Positions 1 to 9,660 of a DNA stretch of 64,000 bases are shown here, in pieces; position 1 is the first letter of the stretch; the number at the start of each line of letters is the position of its first letter. Below the pieces are notes generated by a model. The model made no database searches. It was not told the DNA's origin and saw only the letters and a list, made by a program, of their open reading frames with translations. A program made the position numbers and the translations under genes. Source of the stretch: a virus. Location of the stretch: the IMG/VR virus record IMGVR_UViG_3300009008_000003, one strand, 5' to 3'.

Positions 1-174
1 CCAATGGGTATTGGTAATATTTTTCTACAGTGGTTTGGTTAATATTTTTTATATCGGGGCGCTCTTCTGCTAGGAACGAATAGCCCGGTATATTTAAATC
101 AAGATTATGGTAATTTTTAAGATAAACTTCTCCACAGCACAGATGCAGTTTTATAAGTTCCATACAACCTCTTT

Positions 175-912
175 CTAGGGGATTAAATTTTCTTTTCTCA
201 TATCGTTTTTTATGGACTCATCCAGATAACCATGTGCTTTGGTAGGAATCCAATGAAACCCACAATACTTATAGCTATAAGAGTGGGGGTTTGCATTACG
301 ACCTCCTATCCCGTTTCCGGATTTAATAGCATGATTTCTTTTTGTTCCTAATATTTTGAATCCATCGTTTCTTGAGGTCTCGGTGCCCTCATGTTCGAAT
401 TTCCAAGGATTTCGTCCTTTCATATATTTCATCATATATTCTCTATTCCATATAGAACCCTGCAAAGAAATACGATGTAAACAGCTCGGCCCAAGCTCTA
501 TTATATCAAAATCCTTATACTCTTCAACGATTGTATGACCATCAGTATTTTCTGCATCTATTCCCAACACTATTCTACCAATTTTGTTATCAGTTTGTAT
601 CTTACTTTTCAAGACATTAAGTATATGGTTATTTGTTGGGGGGTATACCCATAGGTCTTCCATAAACATAATAAAATGTTCATCATCTATCGAATCAAGG
701 TAATTATATAGATCGTTTCCCCAATTTTGTACACCTGTTTGTTTGCCGAGTGATACAAACTTAAAGTTATCTGGTAAGTAGAAATTTGGCGAACTAAAGC
801 CTAATATGGTTACTTCGGGAATTGGGGTTTCCGGCCAAAATCTATTGAATAGGTAGTAAAATGGTTTTATCGCGTCTATATGATTATCTGAGGTAGTTAC
901 GTATATTTTCAT
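175..912 (-). CDS. putative glycosyltransferase-like protein
   Basis: ORF track 245 aa; GT-A-like N-terminus (FYYLFNRFWP), acidic MEDLW motif; similar to the adjacent ORF; sits in a GT cluster. Confidence 0.5.
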   Translation of the reverse strand: MKIYVTTSDNHIDAIKPFYYLFNRFWPETPIPEVTILGFSSPNFYLPDNFKFVSLGKQTGVQNWGNDLYNYLDSIDDEHFIMFMEDLWVYPPTNNHILNVLKSKIQTDNKIGRIVLGIDAENTDGHTIVEEYKDFDIIELGPSCLHRISLQGSIWNREYMMKYMKGRNPWKFEHEGTETSRNDGFKILGTKRNHAIKSGNGIGGRNANPHSYSYKYCGFHWIPTKAHGYLDESIKNDMRKENLIP

Positions 913-1646
913 AATTTTTTTCCTATAAACCTGTTACCTGGAATCCAGCCTTTTTCTGGGAATAAATTTCTAACTTCTATTGCAGCTTTATGAACGTGTT
1001 TATCTATGGCCTTTCCTGCAGTAGTGGCATCTGCCATAGGTATAATTTCTTCAGTTTTATGGAAAAATATTTTCCATTTTTTCTGCTTACTGGCGGCTAG
1101 TGTTCCAGATTGTTCTTGTTCTAGATAATCCCAACCGTCCTTTATTATATCGAAATAAAAATCCTTTTTCCATAAAGAGGGTTGGTTAGATCCTGGTATC
1201 AGACAAGTTCCGTGATTACAGCTTTTATTCCATAGCCAAAAATCGTTGACACCTTCCAAGCCCTTTTTGTCTATATTAAAACCCAACCACACTTTTCCAG
1301 TATCAGGCTTATTTATTAAATCTAAAGCTTCGTTTAAGAGGTCTTTTTTAACATCTTTTGTTATAAAATGTTTTACTAAAAGCATCAATATAATATCATC
1401 GTCTATGCGGCTTAGTGCTTTTTTTACAGAGGTTGAATAATTGTACCGCGTTGACTTTTTATCGGCGGAAATATAATTGATATTTGTATCTAAAAATTTT
1501 GGGGTATCCCCGTAGCCAAGTATATTAAGAGGCCCATGACCTGGCCAATATTTTTTTAGTAATATTAAAAATGATGGTATTAATTCATTATAACCATCGG
1601 AACTAATAGCCAATATCTGCATGTATACCCAATACTTTCTTTGCAA
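909..1646 (-). CDS. putative glycosyltransferase-like protein (paralogue of 175..912)
   Basis: Shares LLKKYWP and QPSLWKKDF-type motifs with the neighbour; true start probably MQILAISS (~1622). Confidence 0.5.
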   Translation of the reverse strand: MQRKYWVYMQILAISSDGYNELIPSFLILLKKYWPGHGPLNILGYGDTPKFLDTNINYISADKKSTRYNYSTSVKKALSRIDDDIILMLLVKHFITKDVKKDLLNEALDLINKPDTGKVWLGFNIDKKGLEGVNDFWLWNKSCNHGTCLIPGSNQPSLWKKDFYFDIIKDGWDYLEQEQSGTLAASKQKKWKIFFHKTEEIIPMADATTAGKAIDKHVHKAAIEVRNLFPEKGWIPGNRFIGKKL

Positions 1647-2466
1647 AATGATTCCAACTAAATTTTTGTACAGTTTTTAAACCTTGTGCTGCTATGGCTT
1701 TTCTTTTATCTTCGTGCTCAAGGTAATAATCTATTTTGTTTTTTAAATCTTTTGAGCTGTTAAAAATAACTAGATCTTTGCCATCCTCGAAAGCTGTTTC
1801 TCGTAAAGGCCAATCATTGGTCATTACGAAGCCACTGGAGGCCATTAGCTTATAAATCCTTGTTGATGTGCCCTCGTGTTTAACAATAAAGTTAAGATTT
1901 ATTTTACTACGACTAACAGTTTTAGCATGTTCTGTGCCGTACGTTCCTGTTATGTTTGTAAATCCAATATCTTTATGCCACTGTTGTCTGTCTCCGTACA
2001 GAGCACCTATAAAGGACACATCTATGTCTTGTGCTAAATCATATGGCTTATCTATGAGAGGATCAAATCCTTGATCTAGATAAAATGAATTCTTATTCAC
2101 TGTTAATGATTTTTCGTAAGGAACGGTTAACCCATGACAAGCAAAAGTGGCATAACGAACCTTTAGTTCAAGATCGCTATCCCAATTATGCATAGGATCC
2201 ATATACCATATACATGTTTTTGAGATCTTATTACATTCTATTACTACCCGTGCAGATACTGTGTTACATTTACAAAAAAGAACGAGGTCCGGTTTTTCTT
2301 TTTTAGTTAATTCTATTATTTCTTCATCCCGTTTACCTGCTCCTACTTTGCCTGCACGCTCCCTATAACTATAACGTATTGTTTCACAATCTGCGTTATC
2401 AAACCCGTTTGCAATGGGGACACTGGTGGAGAATTCTGTAAATACCCCTATAACTAGTACTTTCAT
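1603..2466 (-). CDS. CgeB/YkvP-like GT-B glycosyltransferase
   Basis: DVSFIG...SKINLNF...RIYKLMASSGFVMT...EDGKDLVIFNS...KIDYYLEHEDKRKAIAAQG is typical of the Glyco_trans_1_2 domain. Confidence 0.8.
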   Translation of the reverse strand: MKVLVIGVFTEFSTSVPIANGFDNADCETIRYSYRERAGKVGAGKRDEEIIELTKKEKPDLVLFCKCNTVSARVVIECNKISKTCIWYMDPMHNWDSDLELKVRYATFACHGLTVPYEKSLTVNKNSFYLDQGFDPLIDKPYDLAQDIDVSFIGALYGDRQQWHKDIGFTNITGTYGTEHAKTVSRSKINLNFIVKHEGTSTRIYKLMASSGFVMTNDWPLRETAFEDGKDLVIFNSSKDLKNKIDYYLEHEDKRKAIAAQGLKTVQKFSWNHFAKKVLGIHADIGY

Positions 2467-3278
2467 TTTAATTCTTTCATAACCATATCAAGTGATATTT
2501 CATTTAGATTTTCTGCTGCAAATATAGTAGCATTCTCTGCATATATGCTTATATCATTTTTTTCCCAGCGGTTGAAACCCTCGCCCCCAACCAACGCAAT
2601 TTGCGGTACACCCTGTGCTGCTGCGATGTGCATAGGTCCAGTATCGTTACTTATGAATAGATCGCACTGTGCAATAGCAGATACCAATTCTTCCGGTTTT
2701 AGCAGATTCCAAAAATCATAGTATACGTTTAGTACGTGTTGGTCATATATTGAACCAAAACCAGCTGTTAGTTTGTTTTGTAACTTTAGTTTTGTGGCTA
2801 GTGCTTGGTAATTTTTCCATTTTTTACCTTCCCACAAAGGGCCGGGGTTGCACCCAGCGTGTATACCTACTACGCCACGATTTTCAAACCAAGGTCCAGC
2901 CCCATAGATCGGGGCAATGAAAGGATGTTTGTGCTTATTAAGCTCTTCTTCCTCTATACCTATATTTTTTGCTAGATACAAATTTGATAACAACTCGTGA
3001 GAATGCATTCTTCTGTCGTATAGGTTACCAAATTTTATATCTGTTATCCATACATTTTCTCCCCACCAGGTGTTAAAGATGTAGTCATAGCTATCTTCTA
3101 GTTCGCCATTTATTTTATTTACATAATCTGGGTGATTGAATACGTTATCCCATCCAGGAAAATTGCATTTGAAATAAAAGTGTGTATCGTGTCCAGCGGC
3201 TTTTAGCGCTCGTACTAATGGAGTTGCCATTATTATATTACCAACCCCCTGGCCGGCAACTATTAAACTATTCGGCAT
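2463..3278 (-). CDS. GT9 (heptosyltransferase-like) glycosyltransferase
   Basis: GVGNIIMATPLVRALK, GIHAG..KKW, CDLFISNDTGPMHIAAAQGVP motifs. Confidence 0.9.
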   Translation of the reverse strand: MPNSLIVAGQGVGNIIMATPLVRALKAAGHDTHFYFKCNFPGWDNVFNHPDYVNKINGELEDSYDYIFNTWWGENVWITDIKFGNLYDRRMHSHELLSNLYLAKNIGIEEEELNKHKHPFIAPIYGAGPWFENRGVVGIHAGCNPGPLWEGKKWKNYQALATKLKLQNKLTAGFGSIYDQHVLNVYYDFWNLLKPEELVSAIAQCDLFISNDTGPMHIAAAQGVPQIALVGGEGFNRWEKNDISIYAENATIFAAENLNEISLDMVMKELK

Positions 3279-3954
3279 TGAATATCCCCATTGCGTTTGA
3301 GTTTTCTCCTATAAAATCTTTTGCACGATCATGATAGTTCTGTCTTGCCCATACTCCTTCTTCGCCTATATGGTCTACGATTGAGGGTAAAGTGCAGATT
3401 AAGGGATCACCATACTTTTTTACGTCTGTTGTAAGTGACCAATCCCATTCGCGAGCATTGCGCAAACCCCCGACGCTTTTATAAAAATCTGTTCCTATTA
3501 ACAGATTAGCCCCGCCGATGGATGCCTTTACTCCCACATAGTTGCACTCTTCCAATACATCGTGCTGATTAGTGCGAGTATCAAAGCCTGTTATTACTGG
3601 GTATCCATGCATATTAAATATTTTATCTAATGCTTGTGCCCAGTTTTTTGAGTACAACATATCAGAATCTGATATTAAAAAGTACGGGCATTCTTCTAAT
3701 ATCTTACCTTTTCTTAGTATCATATTGATACGCATAACCTTACAAAATGGGATACCGATATGTTTTTCTTCTAGCAGTGTCCAGCTGTATCGCTTGCACA
3801 AGGATCTTACTTTGGTTAATAGAAGTTCTTCTGATCCATCATCTATAATTATTACTTCTACATCATCCGGTAATGCAGACTTTGCTAAGCTTTGTAAGCT
3901 TCTTAATGTTATTTCATCTCTATTATAAGTGGTTACATATAAGGGTTTTTTCAT
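3268..3954 (-). CDS. GT2 family glycosyltransferase
   Basis: VTTYNR, IIIDDGS, SDSD (DxD) motifs. Confidence 0.85.
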   Translation of the reverse strand: MKKPLYVTTYNRDEITLRSLQSLAKSALPDDVEVIIIDDGSEELLLTKVRSLCKRYSWTLLEEKHIGIPFCKVMRINMILRKGKILEECPYFLISDSDMLYSKNWAQALDKIFNMHGYPVITGFDTRTNQHDVLEECNYVGVKASIGGANLLIGTDFYKSVGGLRNAREWDWSLTTDVKKYGDPLICTLPSIVDHIGEEGVWARQNYHDRAKDFIGENSNAMGIFNAE

Positions 3955-4655
3955 AGTGAAAATCTTTCTCGTTCGTCTTCTAATGGCACCGAGGGTTTAG
4001 TGATCATGCGATTACCTAAATTTCTTCCGTGGATAATTTGAATCCAACCTTTTTGGTCAACGTATTTAATAGGTGCTCCAAATTCTTCGTCTATCTTTCC
4101 GTGTTCTGTAAATCCAGCAGTTTTAGGCAAGCCATCTACTTTTTCTATCATATTAACAAAAGATCCCCAGGCATAGTCATCATAGTCTGCTAACATGTTT
4201 TTTCCTTCCCAAAGAGTATACCCTTTAGGAAACCTCACTAATAGCGGGCTTTCCGGATAGAAGGATCTTACCGTTTCCATGTAATCTTTGCAGATTACGT
4301 CGTCGTTGTCTAAACGTGAGCTTATGAGATATTCTTTACCGTCTAAATGACTGGTTACTCTTTCTATCCAGGGAGTATCATCTTCCCCATGATATCTATT
4401 AACATAAATTATGTCAGGAAATAAGGATTTGTACTCATGAAATTTATCCATCCAGCCAATAGGGGTTTCGGCGTCTATTAATATGAACCATTTAAAGTCT
4501 TTTACTGTTTGCCCCAATACGGAGGGCAGGCAATACTTTTCAAAAATGCGTGCACGATGCGCCATCCAGGAATTTTTGCCGCCAGCGTATATGTGCGTAT
4601 TGTTAGGTCTGTGCGGTATGTTAAATCTGGTTATCAGTATTTGTTCAAAACTCAT
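3951..4655 (-). CDS. putative rhamnosyltransferase-like glycosyltransferase
   Basis: ITRFN, R..IFEKYCLPSVLGQT.KDFKW, SRLDNDD motifs. Confidence 0.75.
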   Translation of the reverse strand: MSFEQILITRFNIPHRPNNTHIYAGGKNSWMAHRARIFEKYCLPSVLGQTVKDFKWFILIDAETPIGWMDKFHEYKSLFPDIIYVNRYHGEDDTPWIERVTSHLDGKEYLISSRLDNDDVICKDYMETVRSFYPESPLLVRFPKGYTLWEGKNMLADYDDYAWGSFVNMIEKVDGLPKTAGFTEHGKIDEEFGAPIKYVDQKGWIQIIHGRNLGNRMITKPSVPLEDERERFSL

Positions 4656-4887
4656 TCTTTTCTTTCCAAAATTGTCAATCCATTATTATGTTTGAATTCT
4701 TCCTTCACAAACCAGTGTTCATTTTTTTAGGAGATCCAGCTAAAAGCGCCCAAGTTGAATTAAGATCTCTTACCCCCATCTCTGTAATATGGTCACATTC
4801 TTTCGAATATTTAAATATAATTGGGAGTAGTTGATTTATATCTGTTGTTTTTGCGCAGGCTTTTTCATAGTTGCTATGTATTGTCAC
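4652..4887 (-). pseudogene. class I SAM methyltransferase remnant with internal deletion and frameshift
   Basis: Frame 1 gives DINQLLP..ECDHITEMGVR..STWALLAG. Straight after an A-run, another frame gives the C-terminus EHWFVKEEFKHNNGLTILERKE*, whose stop overlaps the next ATG (ATGA). Confidence 0.65.
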
Positions 4888-5111
4888 TCTCGCTCCTTTT
4901 TTTCCTTTATATACTGTGCCATTTTATATATGTCTTGTGGTGTAACCATTTTTTCATTTATGTCTTTGAAATGTGGTGGAGCATTTTTATGCATCTTGAG
5001 ATACTTTGCCACAAATTCTGCAGAAGTTGCTGCGCGCTTAAGAGAGTATATATGTAATACAAACACACACAACGCCGCTATCAGTATGACACCAATTACT
5101 ATTTCAATCAT
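4884..5111 (-). CDS. small membrane protein
   Basis: N-terminal hydrophobic helix; ORF packed between neighbours. Confidence 0.6.
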   Translation of the reverse strand: MIEIVIGVILIAALCVFVLHIYSLKRAATSAEFVAKYLKMHKNAPPHFKDINEKMVTPQDIYKMAQYIKEKKERE

Positions 5112-5923
5112 CTAATTTTCTCTATAAATTTTTCTAACATATCTTCAGTATAATCATCAAACAACCCGTGAATAGTGTTATCATAATTTTTGCCAAACGA
5201 CCACTGATCAATAAATTCAGGATCGCTAAATCCGTGCTTTTTATCCCAAGCTTTATTATATAGTAAAATTTGTGGTATCTTTAGGTACCATGCTAAAATA
5301 TTAATTGCGCTGTGGCAACATACACAGCCTTGGGCAGTTTGTAATACCTGTGCTGTTTCTGGCACCGTAAGTTTATCCACTAAGTTTATTATTTTTTTAT
5401 TTTTTGGAAATTCATGCTCTGTTCTATTACTTTGATGACTATCGACAGATACATAATTTTTACCTACTGGGACTACGTAATAATTTAATTCTATTAGTTT
5501 GCTGACAATTTTTTCTACAAGTGGTTCCGGTATGTTTTTGGCTGGGTCGCTTCCTGTTGTGCTCAACACTATGTACTTTAAATCTCTTAATTTATTAGGG
5601 TAATAGTAATTAGTAGGCTTGTACCAGTTTACAGCTTTATTAGGCAACCCAGGCAAAGGTGGTAAATGCATTGGTATAATACCATCCTGCGACATCTTTT
5701 GTATATCTTCTACTTTTTGAAAACCGTGATTCACCACTTTTAGTTGGTTCTTTTTGGGGTGGTGATCAAATATTTCGGTTACGGAGGGGTTGTGACAAAA
5801 TAATATTATATGTACTAAAAAGTCGGGAGGTATGTAATCAAGGGCAGCATATTGGCCGCCCTTGTACATGTTATTGAACATATCTCCCAGTCCGCCGCCC
5901 CATTGTATTTTGAACTCTTTCAT
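5108..5923 (-). CDS. GT9-like glycosyltransferase
   Basis: GGGLGDM N-terminal motif; NLVDKLTVPETAQVLQTAQGCVCCHSAINILAW. Confidence 0.7.
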   Translation of the reverse strand: MKEFKIQWGGGLGDMFNNMYKGGQYAALDYIPPDFLVHIILFCHNPSVTEIFDHHPKKNQLKVVNHGFQKVEDIQKMSQDGIIPMHLPPLPGLPNKAVNWYKPTNYYYPNKLRDLKYIVLSTTGSDPAKNIPEPLVEKIVSKLIELNYYVVPVGKNYVSVDSHQSNRTEHEFPKNKKIINLVDKLTVPETAQVLQTAQGCVCCHSAINILAWYLKIPQILLYNKAWDKKHGFSDPEFIDQWSFGKNYDNTIHGLFDDYTEDMLEKFIEKIR

Positions 5924-5932
5924 AAACTAAGT

Positions 5933-6142
5933 TTAATCATCTTTCCCGTTTTTGTCAATTATTTCGACCGACTCCAAGTTAAATTCCGCCTTACCCATCC
6001 ATATAGTTCTTGGGGCGGTATCTTGTACCTCTCTTAATCCCCCATACTGTTCGTAAGCGTAGGTTGGCATCCATGTCGAAAAGTCTTTTTCGTCGTACTC
6101 TTGGTTTTTATTTTTATATGTTACCTTGATTCGGTGTTTCAT
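5933..6142 (-). CDS. hypothetical protein
   Basis: ORF in a co-oriented operon. Confidence 0.5.
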   Translation of the reverse strand: MKHRIKVTYKNKNQEYDEKDFSTWMPTYAYEQYGGLREVQDTAPRTIWMGKAEFNLESVEIIDKNGKDD

Positions 6143-6761
6143 CGTATTGCCTCGTCAGTTTTTGTACCTCTATAGGTAGAGCTTCGTACATTGCTCTAGC
6201 CAGTAAATAGTGGGGAGTAAATATAGTAGGCACCAGTCTAAGATCAAGGTAAGCTTGTAAACTGGTAAAGTTGAAAGTGTATAACCCCGAAGCGAGCCAG
6301 CTTTCCGGTAACGCATGCTTTATCTCCTCAGTTTTTTGTTTTTTATTTAACCCGTGATCATTTATTATTCTAAATACTATATTGGTAAAGGCTCTGGCGA
6401 TCATTTTTTTATATACACATTCATACATGTTTTCGAGTACGAATTCATGCAATTCAAACCAAGGTTTACCCTCAAAAGCAAAAAACCCGACACGATGCCG
6501 GGTTGTACGAATAGCAGGAGAAACCCCTATTCGGTGTCTAGATATTTCCTGTAGTACGTTTCGGGGGAATTGGTTAATACGATATGTAATAACCAACTGT
6601 TCCCCGATACTTGTGTGGTTTTTGTGCTTGATTATTTTTTCTATATATTCATAATCGACTTCACCAACCTCCGCGCTGAGAAGATTTTCTGTTCCCATCG
6701 TAGTACGTGCCGCTTCTTCTACTAATTCTATTCCATCACATCTGCGGAGTATAACTTCCAT
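6114..6761 (-). CDS. thyX: FAD-dependent thymidylate synthase
   Basis: HTSIGEQ, SRHRIGVSPAIRTTR (RHR..S..[S/T].R), HALPES, NFTSLQAYLDLR. Confidence 0.8.
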   Translation of the reverse strand: MEVILRRCDGIELVEEAARTTMGTENLLSAEVGEVDYEYIEKIIKHKNHTSIGEQLVITYRINQFPRNVLQEISRHRIGVSPAIRTTRHRVGFFAFEGKPWFELHEFVLENMYECVYKKMIARAFTNIVFRIINDHGLNKKQKTEEIKHALPESWLASGLYTFNFTSLQAYLDLRLVPTIFTPHYLLARAMYEALPIEVQKLTRQYDETPNQGNI

Positions 6762-6985
6762 TAATAACTCCCAGGCATGTGCAGGTTTTTAGGCTGTGGC
6801 CGTTTTACATTACGACCTATATTATTTTTAACTTTTTCTGCAGCCTGCCTGAAATCTTTAAAAGCCAAGGGCTCTTGGCCTGTTTGTCTTTCATTGTGCG
6901 CTCTACATTTGTTTATTAAAATGTCAGCCTTTTTTACTAATTCTTCCGCGTCCCTCTTGACATTTATTACTTTTTGTAATTCCAT
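6761..6985 (-). CDS. hypothetical protein
   Basis: ORF, stop/start overlap with neighbour. Confidence 0.55.
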   Translation of the reverse strand: MELQKVINVKRDAEELVKKADILINKCRAHNERQTGQEPLAFKDFRQAAEKVKNNIGRNVKRPQPKNLHMPGSY

Positions 6986-6996
6986 AACATCCCTTA

Positions 6997-7251
6997 TTAA
7001 TCACCAAATATTACGGGCTTTTGACTACCGTCAGGCAAAGTAATGGTTTTAGCATTGCTTATTTTTTCTACCTGCTCTAAAAAGTCATCGAACGCCTTTT
7101 TCATGCGTTCGCCTACTTCTTCTTTCTTATCCTCTTCCCACCCAAACCCTTCCGCCAAAAGATCCAGCAAGATGCCAACTTGTATTTGTAACATGCGTAT
7201 ATCAATCCCCATGTTACTCAACATCTCCATCATTTGTTCATTATTTAACAT
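6997..7251 (-). CDS. hypothetical protein
   Basis: ORF downstream of a sigma70-like promoter. Confidence 0.55.
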   Translation of the reverse strand: MLNNEQMMEMLSNMGIDIRMLQIQVGILLDLLAEGFGWEEDKKEEVGERMKKAFDDFLEQVEKISNAKTITLPDGSQKPVIFGD

Positions 7252-7293
7252 TACTAATTTTTCCTATCTATATTTTATTTAATTTACTATTTA

Positions 7294-7321
7294 ATTATCG
7301 TACATTTTTCTTAATCGTCAA
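7294..7321 (-). promoter_or_regulatory. sigma70-like promoter
   Basis: TTGACG-16 nt-GATAAT on the minus strand. Confidence 0.45.
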
Positions 7322-7338
7322 TAGCCTTAACTAAAAAA

Positions 7339-7409
7339 CGAAAGGGTGGGAATTGAACCCACGATCTGGTGCTTTGCAGGCACCCGCCTTACCGCTTGGC
7401 TACCTTTCG
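7339..7409 (-). tRNA. tRNA-Cys(GCA)
   Basis: Cloverleaf; anticodon arm GGUGC-CUGCAAA-GCACC; GGUUCAAUUCC T arm. Confidence 0.9.
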
Positions 7410-7418
7410 GTGTTTAAG

Positions 7419-7491
7419 GTCCCATGAGGAAGTCGAATCCTCGTAACTGCAGCCACAGTGCAGCGCTCTTAACCACCTGAGCTAATGGGAC
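7419..7491 (-). tRNA. tRNA-His(GUG)
   Basis: Cloverleaf; anticodon loop CUGUGGC. Confidence 0.9.
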
Positions 7492-7494
7492 AAA

Positions 7495-7565
7495 CCCGAT
7501 ACTGGACTCGAACCAGTGACTCCATGCGCGTAAAGCATGTGCGCTAACCAACTGTGCTAATCGGG
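7495..7565 (-). tRNA. tRNA-Val(UAC)
   Basis: Cloverleaf; CAUGC-UUUACGC-GCAUG. Confidence 0.9.
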
Positions 7566-7766
7566 CAGTTTGTATTTATCTTTTATCTCTGTCTTTATAT
7601 ATTTGCACTGGTATTTACGAAACTTTTTCCAGCAACGCGTGTTCCAGCGCACACGCTTATTCCAACGTTTTTCCCATATCAGATCCTGTAGCTCAAACCG
7701 GTGTTTTGGTCTATACTCTAATTCCCTTATCCGTTCTTTTAGTCCAGAAAAAGGTCTGCGCTTCAT
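7557..7766 (-). CDS. hypothetical basic protein
   Basis: ORF track; preceded by a GGA-type RBS. Confidence 0.45.
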   Translation of the reverse strand: MKRRPFSGLKERIRELEYRPKHRFELQDLIWEKRWNKRVRWNTRCWKKFRKYQCKYIKTEIKDKYKLPD

Positions 7767-7779
7767 AACGTATAGTTCC

Positions 7780-8166
7780 TTATTTATAACCTATAATATC
7801 TTTTTCCCATGCAAACGGGTATTCATATGTCTTTACCAAGTCTTTTAAGCAGTGATAAATATTTGCGCGTCCGGCAGGATTTAACGAATGGACTACAACT
7901 ATCTGAGGAAGCTTCTCTGGGTGATCCCTTAGCCATTCAGCAACTTCATAGCCAGTATCTGGCCCGGATTCTACCATGTGCTTACCACCAAGATCATGGT
8001 CTAAAAATATAATATCAAACTTTTCGCTTGACTCTAAGACTTCTATGCATTCTTTAACCGTGGTTACGTATACTATAAAGCGGTCTTTGCCCCCGTAATT
8101 TTTACCAAACTCGCCTATACGTTCTACATTATCTTCAAGAACTAGTATTTTTATCATTTTTATCAC
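7780..8166 (-). CDS. cyclic-phosphate-processing receiver-like domain protein
   Basis: ILVLEDN..., DIIFLDHDLG, TGYEVAEWL, VHSLNPAGR pattern of phage stand-alone receiver domains. Confidence 0.75.
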   Translation of the reverse strand: MIKMIKILVLEDNVERIGEFGKNYGGKDRFIVYVTTVKECIEVLESSEKFDIIFLDHDLGGKHMVESGPDTGYEVAEWLRDHPEKLPQIVVVHSLNPAGRANIYHCLKDLVKTYEYPFAWEKDIIGYK

Positions 8167-8692
8167 CTAAGTAATTAACGTTGTTGGGTCGTTTACTCAT
8201 GATGACCTTCAGGTCGTCAAAAGAGATCGGGTAGAAATTATTGTTGTCTACACCTACATCATGTTGTTTACCTCTTGGGGGTAACCCTCCGTGCGAGTGC
8301 CCATATAATTGCCAGGCATTGAAATGTGATTTATACCATACACGCATAGCGTAGTGACACATAGTTATATAAATATCTTCTATTCTAGTATCTATTAGGT
8401 TTGTATGGGCTGCAAACCTAGAATGATTTGCTTTAGCTGATTTATCATGATTTCCCCATACTATGTTTATATTACCATTTAATCTATCTAAATAAACACC
8501 TGCGTCGGCTTTAAAGGCAAAGTCGCCAAGAAACCAAACCGTATCGTTTGGTTTTACCACCTCGTTCCAGTTTTGGATAAGAATTTCATCCATCTCCTCA
8601 ACACTGTCGAAGGGACGATTAGTATATTTAATTATATTAGCATGGCCAAAATGCTGGTCAGCTGTAAAAAACATATTACCAGTCAAGGACAT
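8135..8692 (-). CDS. calcineurin-like metallophosphoesterase
   Basis: ADQHFGH, LGDF, GNHD, HY, GHSHG motifs. Confidence 0.9.
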   Translation of the reverse strand: MSLTGNMFFTADQHFGHANIIKYTNRPFDSVEEMDEILIQNWNEVVKPNDTVWFLGDFAFKADAGVYLDRLNGNINIVWGNHDKSAKANHSRFAAHTNLIDTRIEDIYITMCHYAMRVWYKSHFNAWQLYGHSHGGLPPRGKQHDVGVDNNNFYPISFDDLKVIMSKRPNNVNYLGDKNDKNTSS

Positions 8693-8990
8693 CCTCCTCT
8701 ATACTTGCTATGCCCCAGATCGCGCCTACGGCTATGTCTATTAACTCTGCTTGTACTTTGCCAGGGTTATTCTCACGCACAGCATCTTTAAGTTCATCAT
8801 GCTCTTCATCGACTATGCCTAGAATTTCATGGATAGAAACGAAAGCATGTTCGCCTTTTTGTTTCATGCGAGCTTTTAAAACTTCGTCTACTAGAAGTAT
8901 TGTCTTAGCTAATACTTCCGTTGATATTTGTCTGCGGTCAGTTTTTATTTCCATTTTGTTCTTCTTCCCACTCATGCAATAATTTTGCAA
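8676..8990 (-). CDS. MazG-like all-alpha NTP pyrophosphohydrolase (tentative)
   Basis: EEHDELKDAV...ELIDIA acidic pattern. Confidence 0.45.
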   Translation of the reverse strand: MQNYCMSGKKNKMEIKTDRRQISTEVLAKTILLVDEVLKARMKQKGEHAFVSIHEILGIVDEEHDELKDAVRENNPGKVQAELIDIAVGAIWGIASIEEDVLDW

Positions 8991-9315
8991 ATGATTTTTG
9001 TTCGTTAAAAGGTTCGTTTTCGATTACTTTTATTTTTATATCTTTAAAAAGATTATATATAGCAAAAGCCATCCCCATGTCAAAATGAACACCAGTTGAT
9101 TTAGAATTATAAAAAATATGTACCTGGTGTGATCCGTCTATTGCATCAAAGTTATCTTTACATATTTGAAGCCCTGGATTATTTTGATTTGTATCACGAT
9201 GCGGCAAATGAACCGTATGGCCAAGAGATTCAAGCCTTTTTGTGTAAGCTTCCAACTTTTCTTTGAAGGCATCATCCGCCTGCCTTACCATACATATGAT
9301 TGTTATTCTACTCAT
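8938..9315 (-). CDS. nucleoside 2-deoxyribosyltransferase-like protein
   Basis: VHLPHRDT, NFDAID, STGVHFDMGMAFA. Confidence 0.6.
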   Translation of the reverse strand: MSRITIICMVRQADDAFKEKLEAYTKRLESLGHTVHLPHRDTNQNNPGLQICKDNFDAIDGSHQVHIFYNSKSTGVHFDMGMAFAIYNLFKDIKIKVIENEPFNEQKSFAKLLHEWEEEQNGNKN

Positions 9316-9335
9316 GTTTTCTCCTTTTAATTAAC

Positions 9336-9408
9336 CGGGACCGGGGGATTTGAACCCCAGACTCCGCCGTGACAGGGCGACGTGTTAGCCAGTTACACTA
9401 CGATCCCG
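9336..9408 (-). tRNA. tRNA-Asp(GUC)
   Basis: Cloverleaf; UCGCC-CUGUCAC-GGCGG. Confidence 0.9.
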
Positions 9409-9410
9409 CA

Positions 9411-9647
9411 TTACAAGCGCTTGTCAGAAATTCGTTTGGTGGGTTTACCTAACATTTCTGCGACACCTTCTGCTACAGAGTTGATCGAGAAGCTTATAAA
9501 CTCCTGCCATTCTGTTTCCATGTTTACGACACAAGAATTACCGCCATCCGTGAGATAAATAATGTCACCAGAATAATCTACTCCCATTGCGTCAAGAAAA
9601 GCTTTGGCTCTTTCTAATTCTTTGTCAGTCATTTTTCTTCGTAACAT
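9411..9647 (-). CDS. hypothetical protein
   Basis: ORF filling the gap between two tRNAs. Confidence 0.5.
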   Translation of the reverse strand: MLRRKMTDKELERAKAFLDAMGVDYSGDIIYLTDGGNSCVVNMETEWQEFISFSINSVAEGVAEMLGKPTKRISDKRL

Positions 9648-9660
9648 AATTTCCTTCCAA

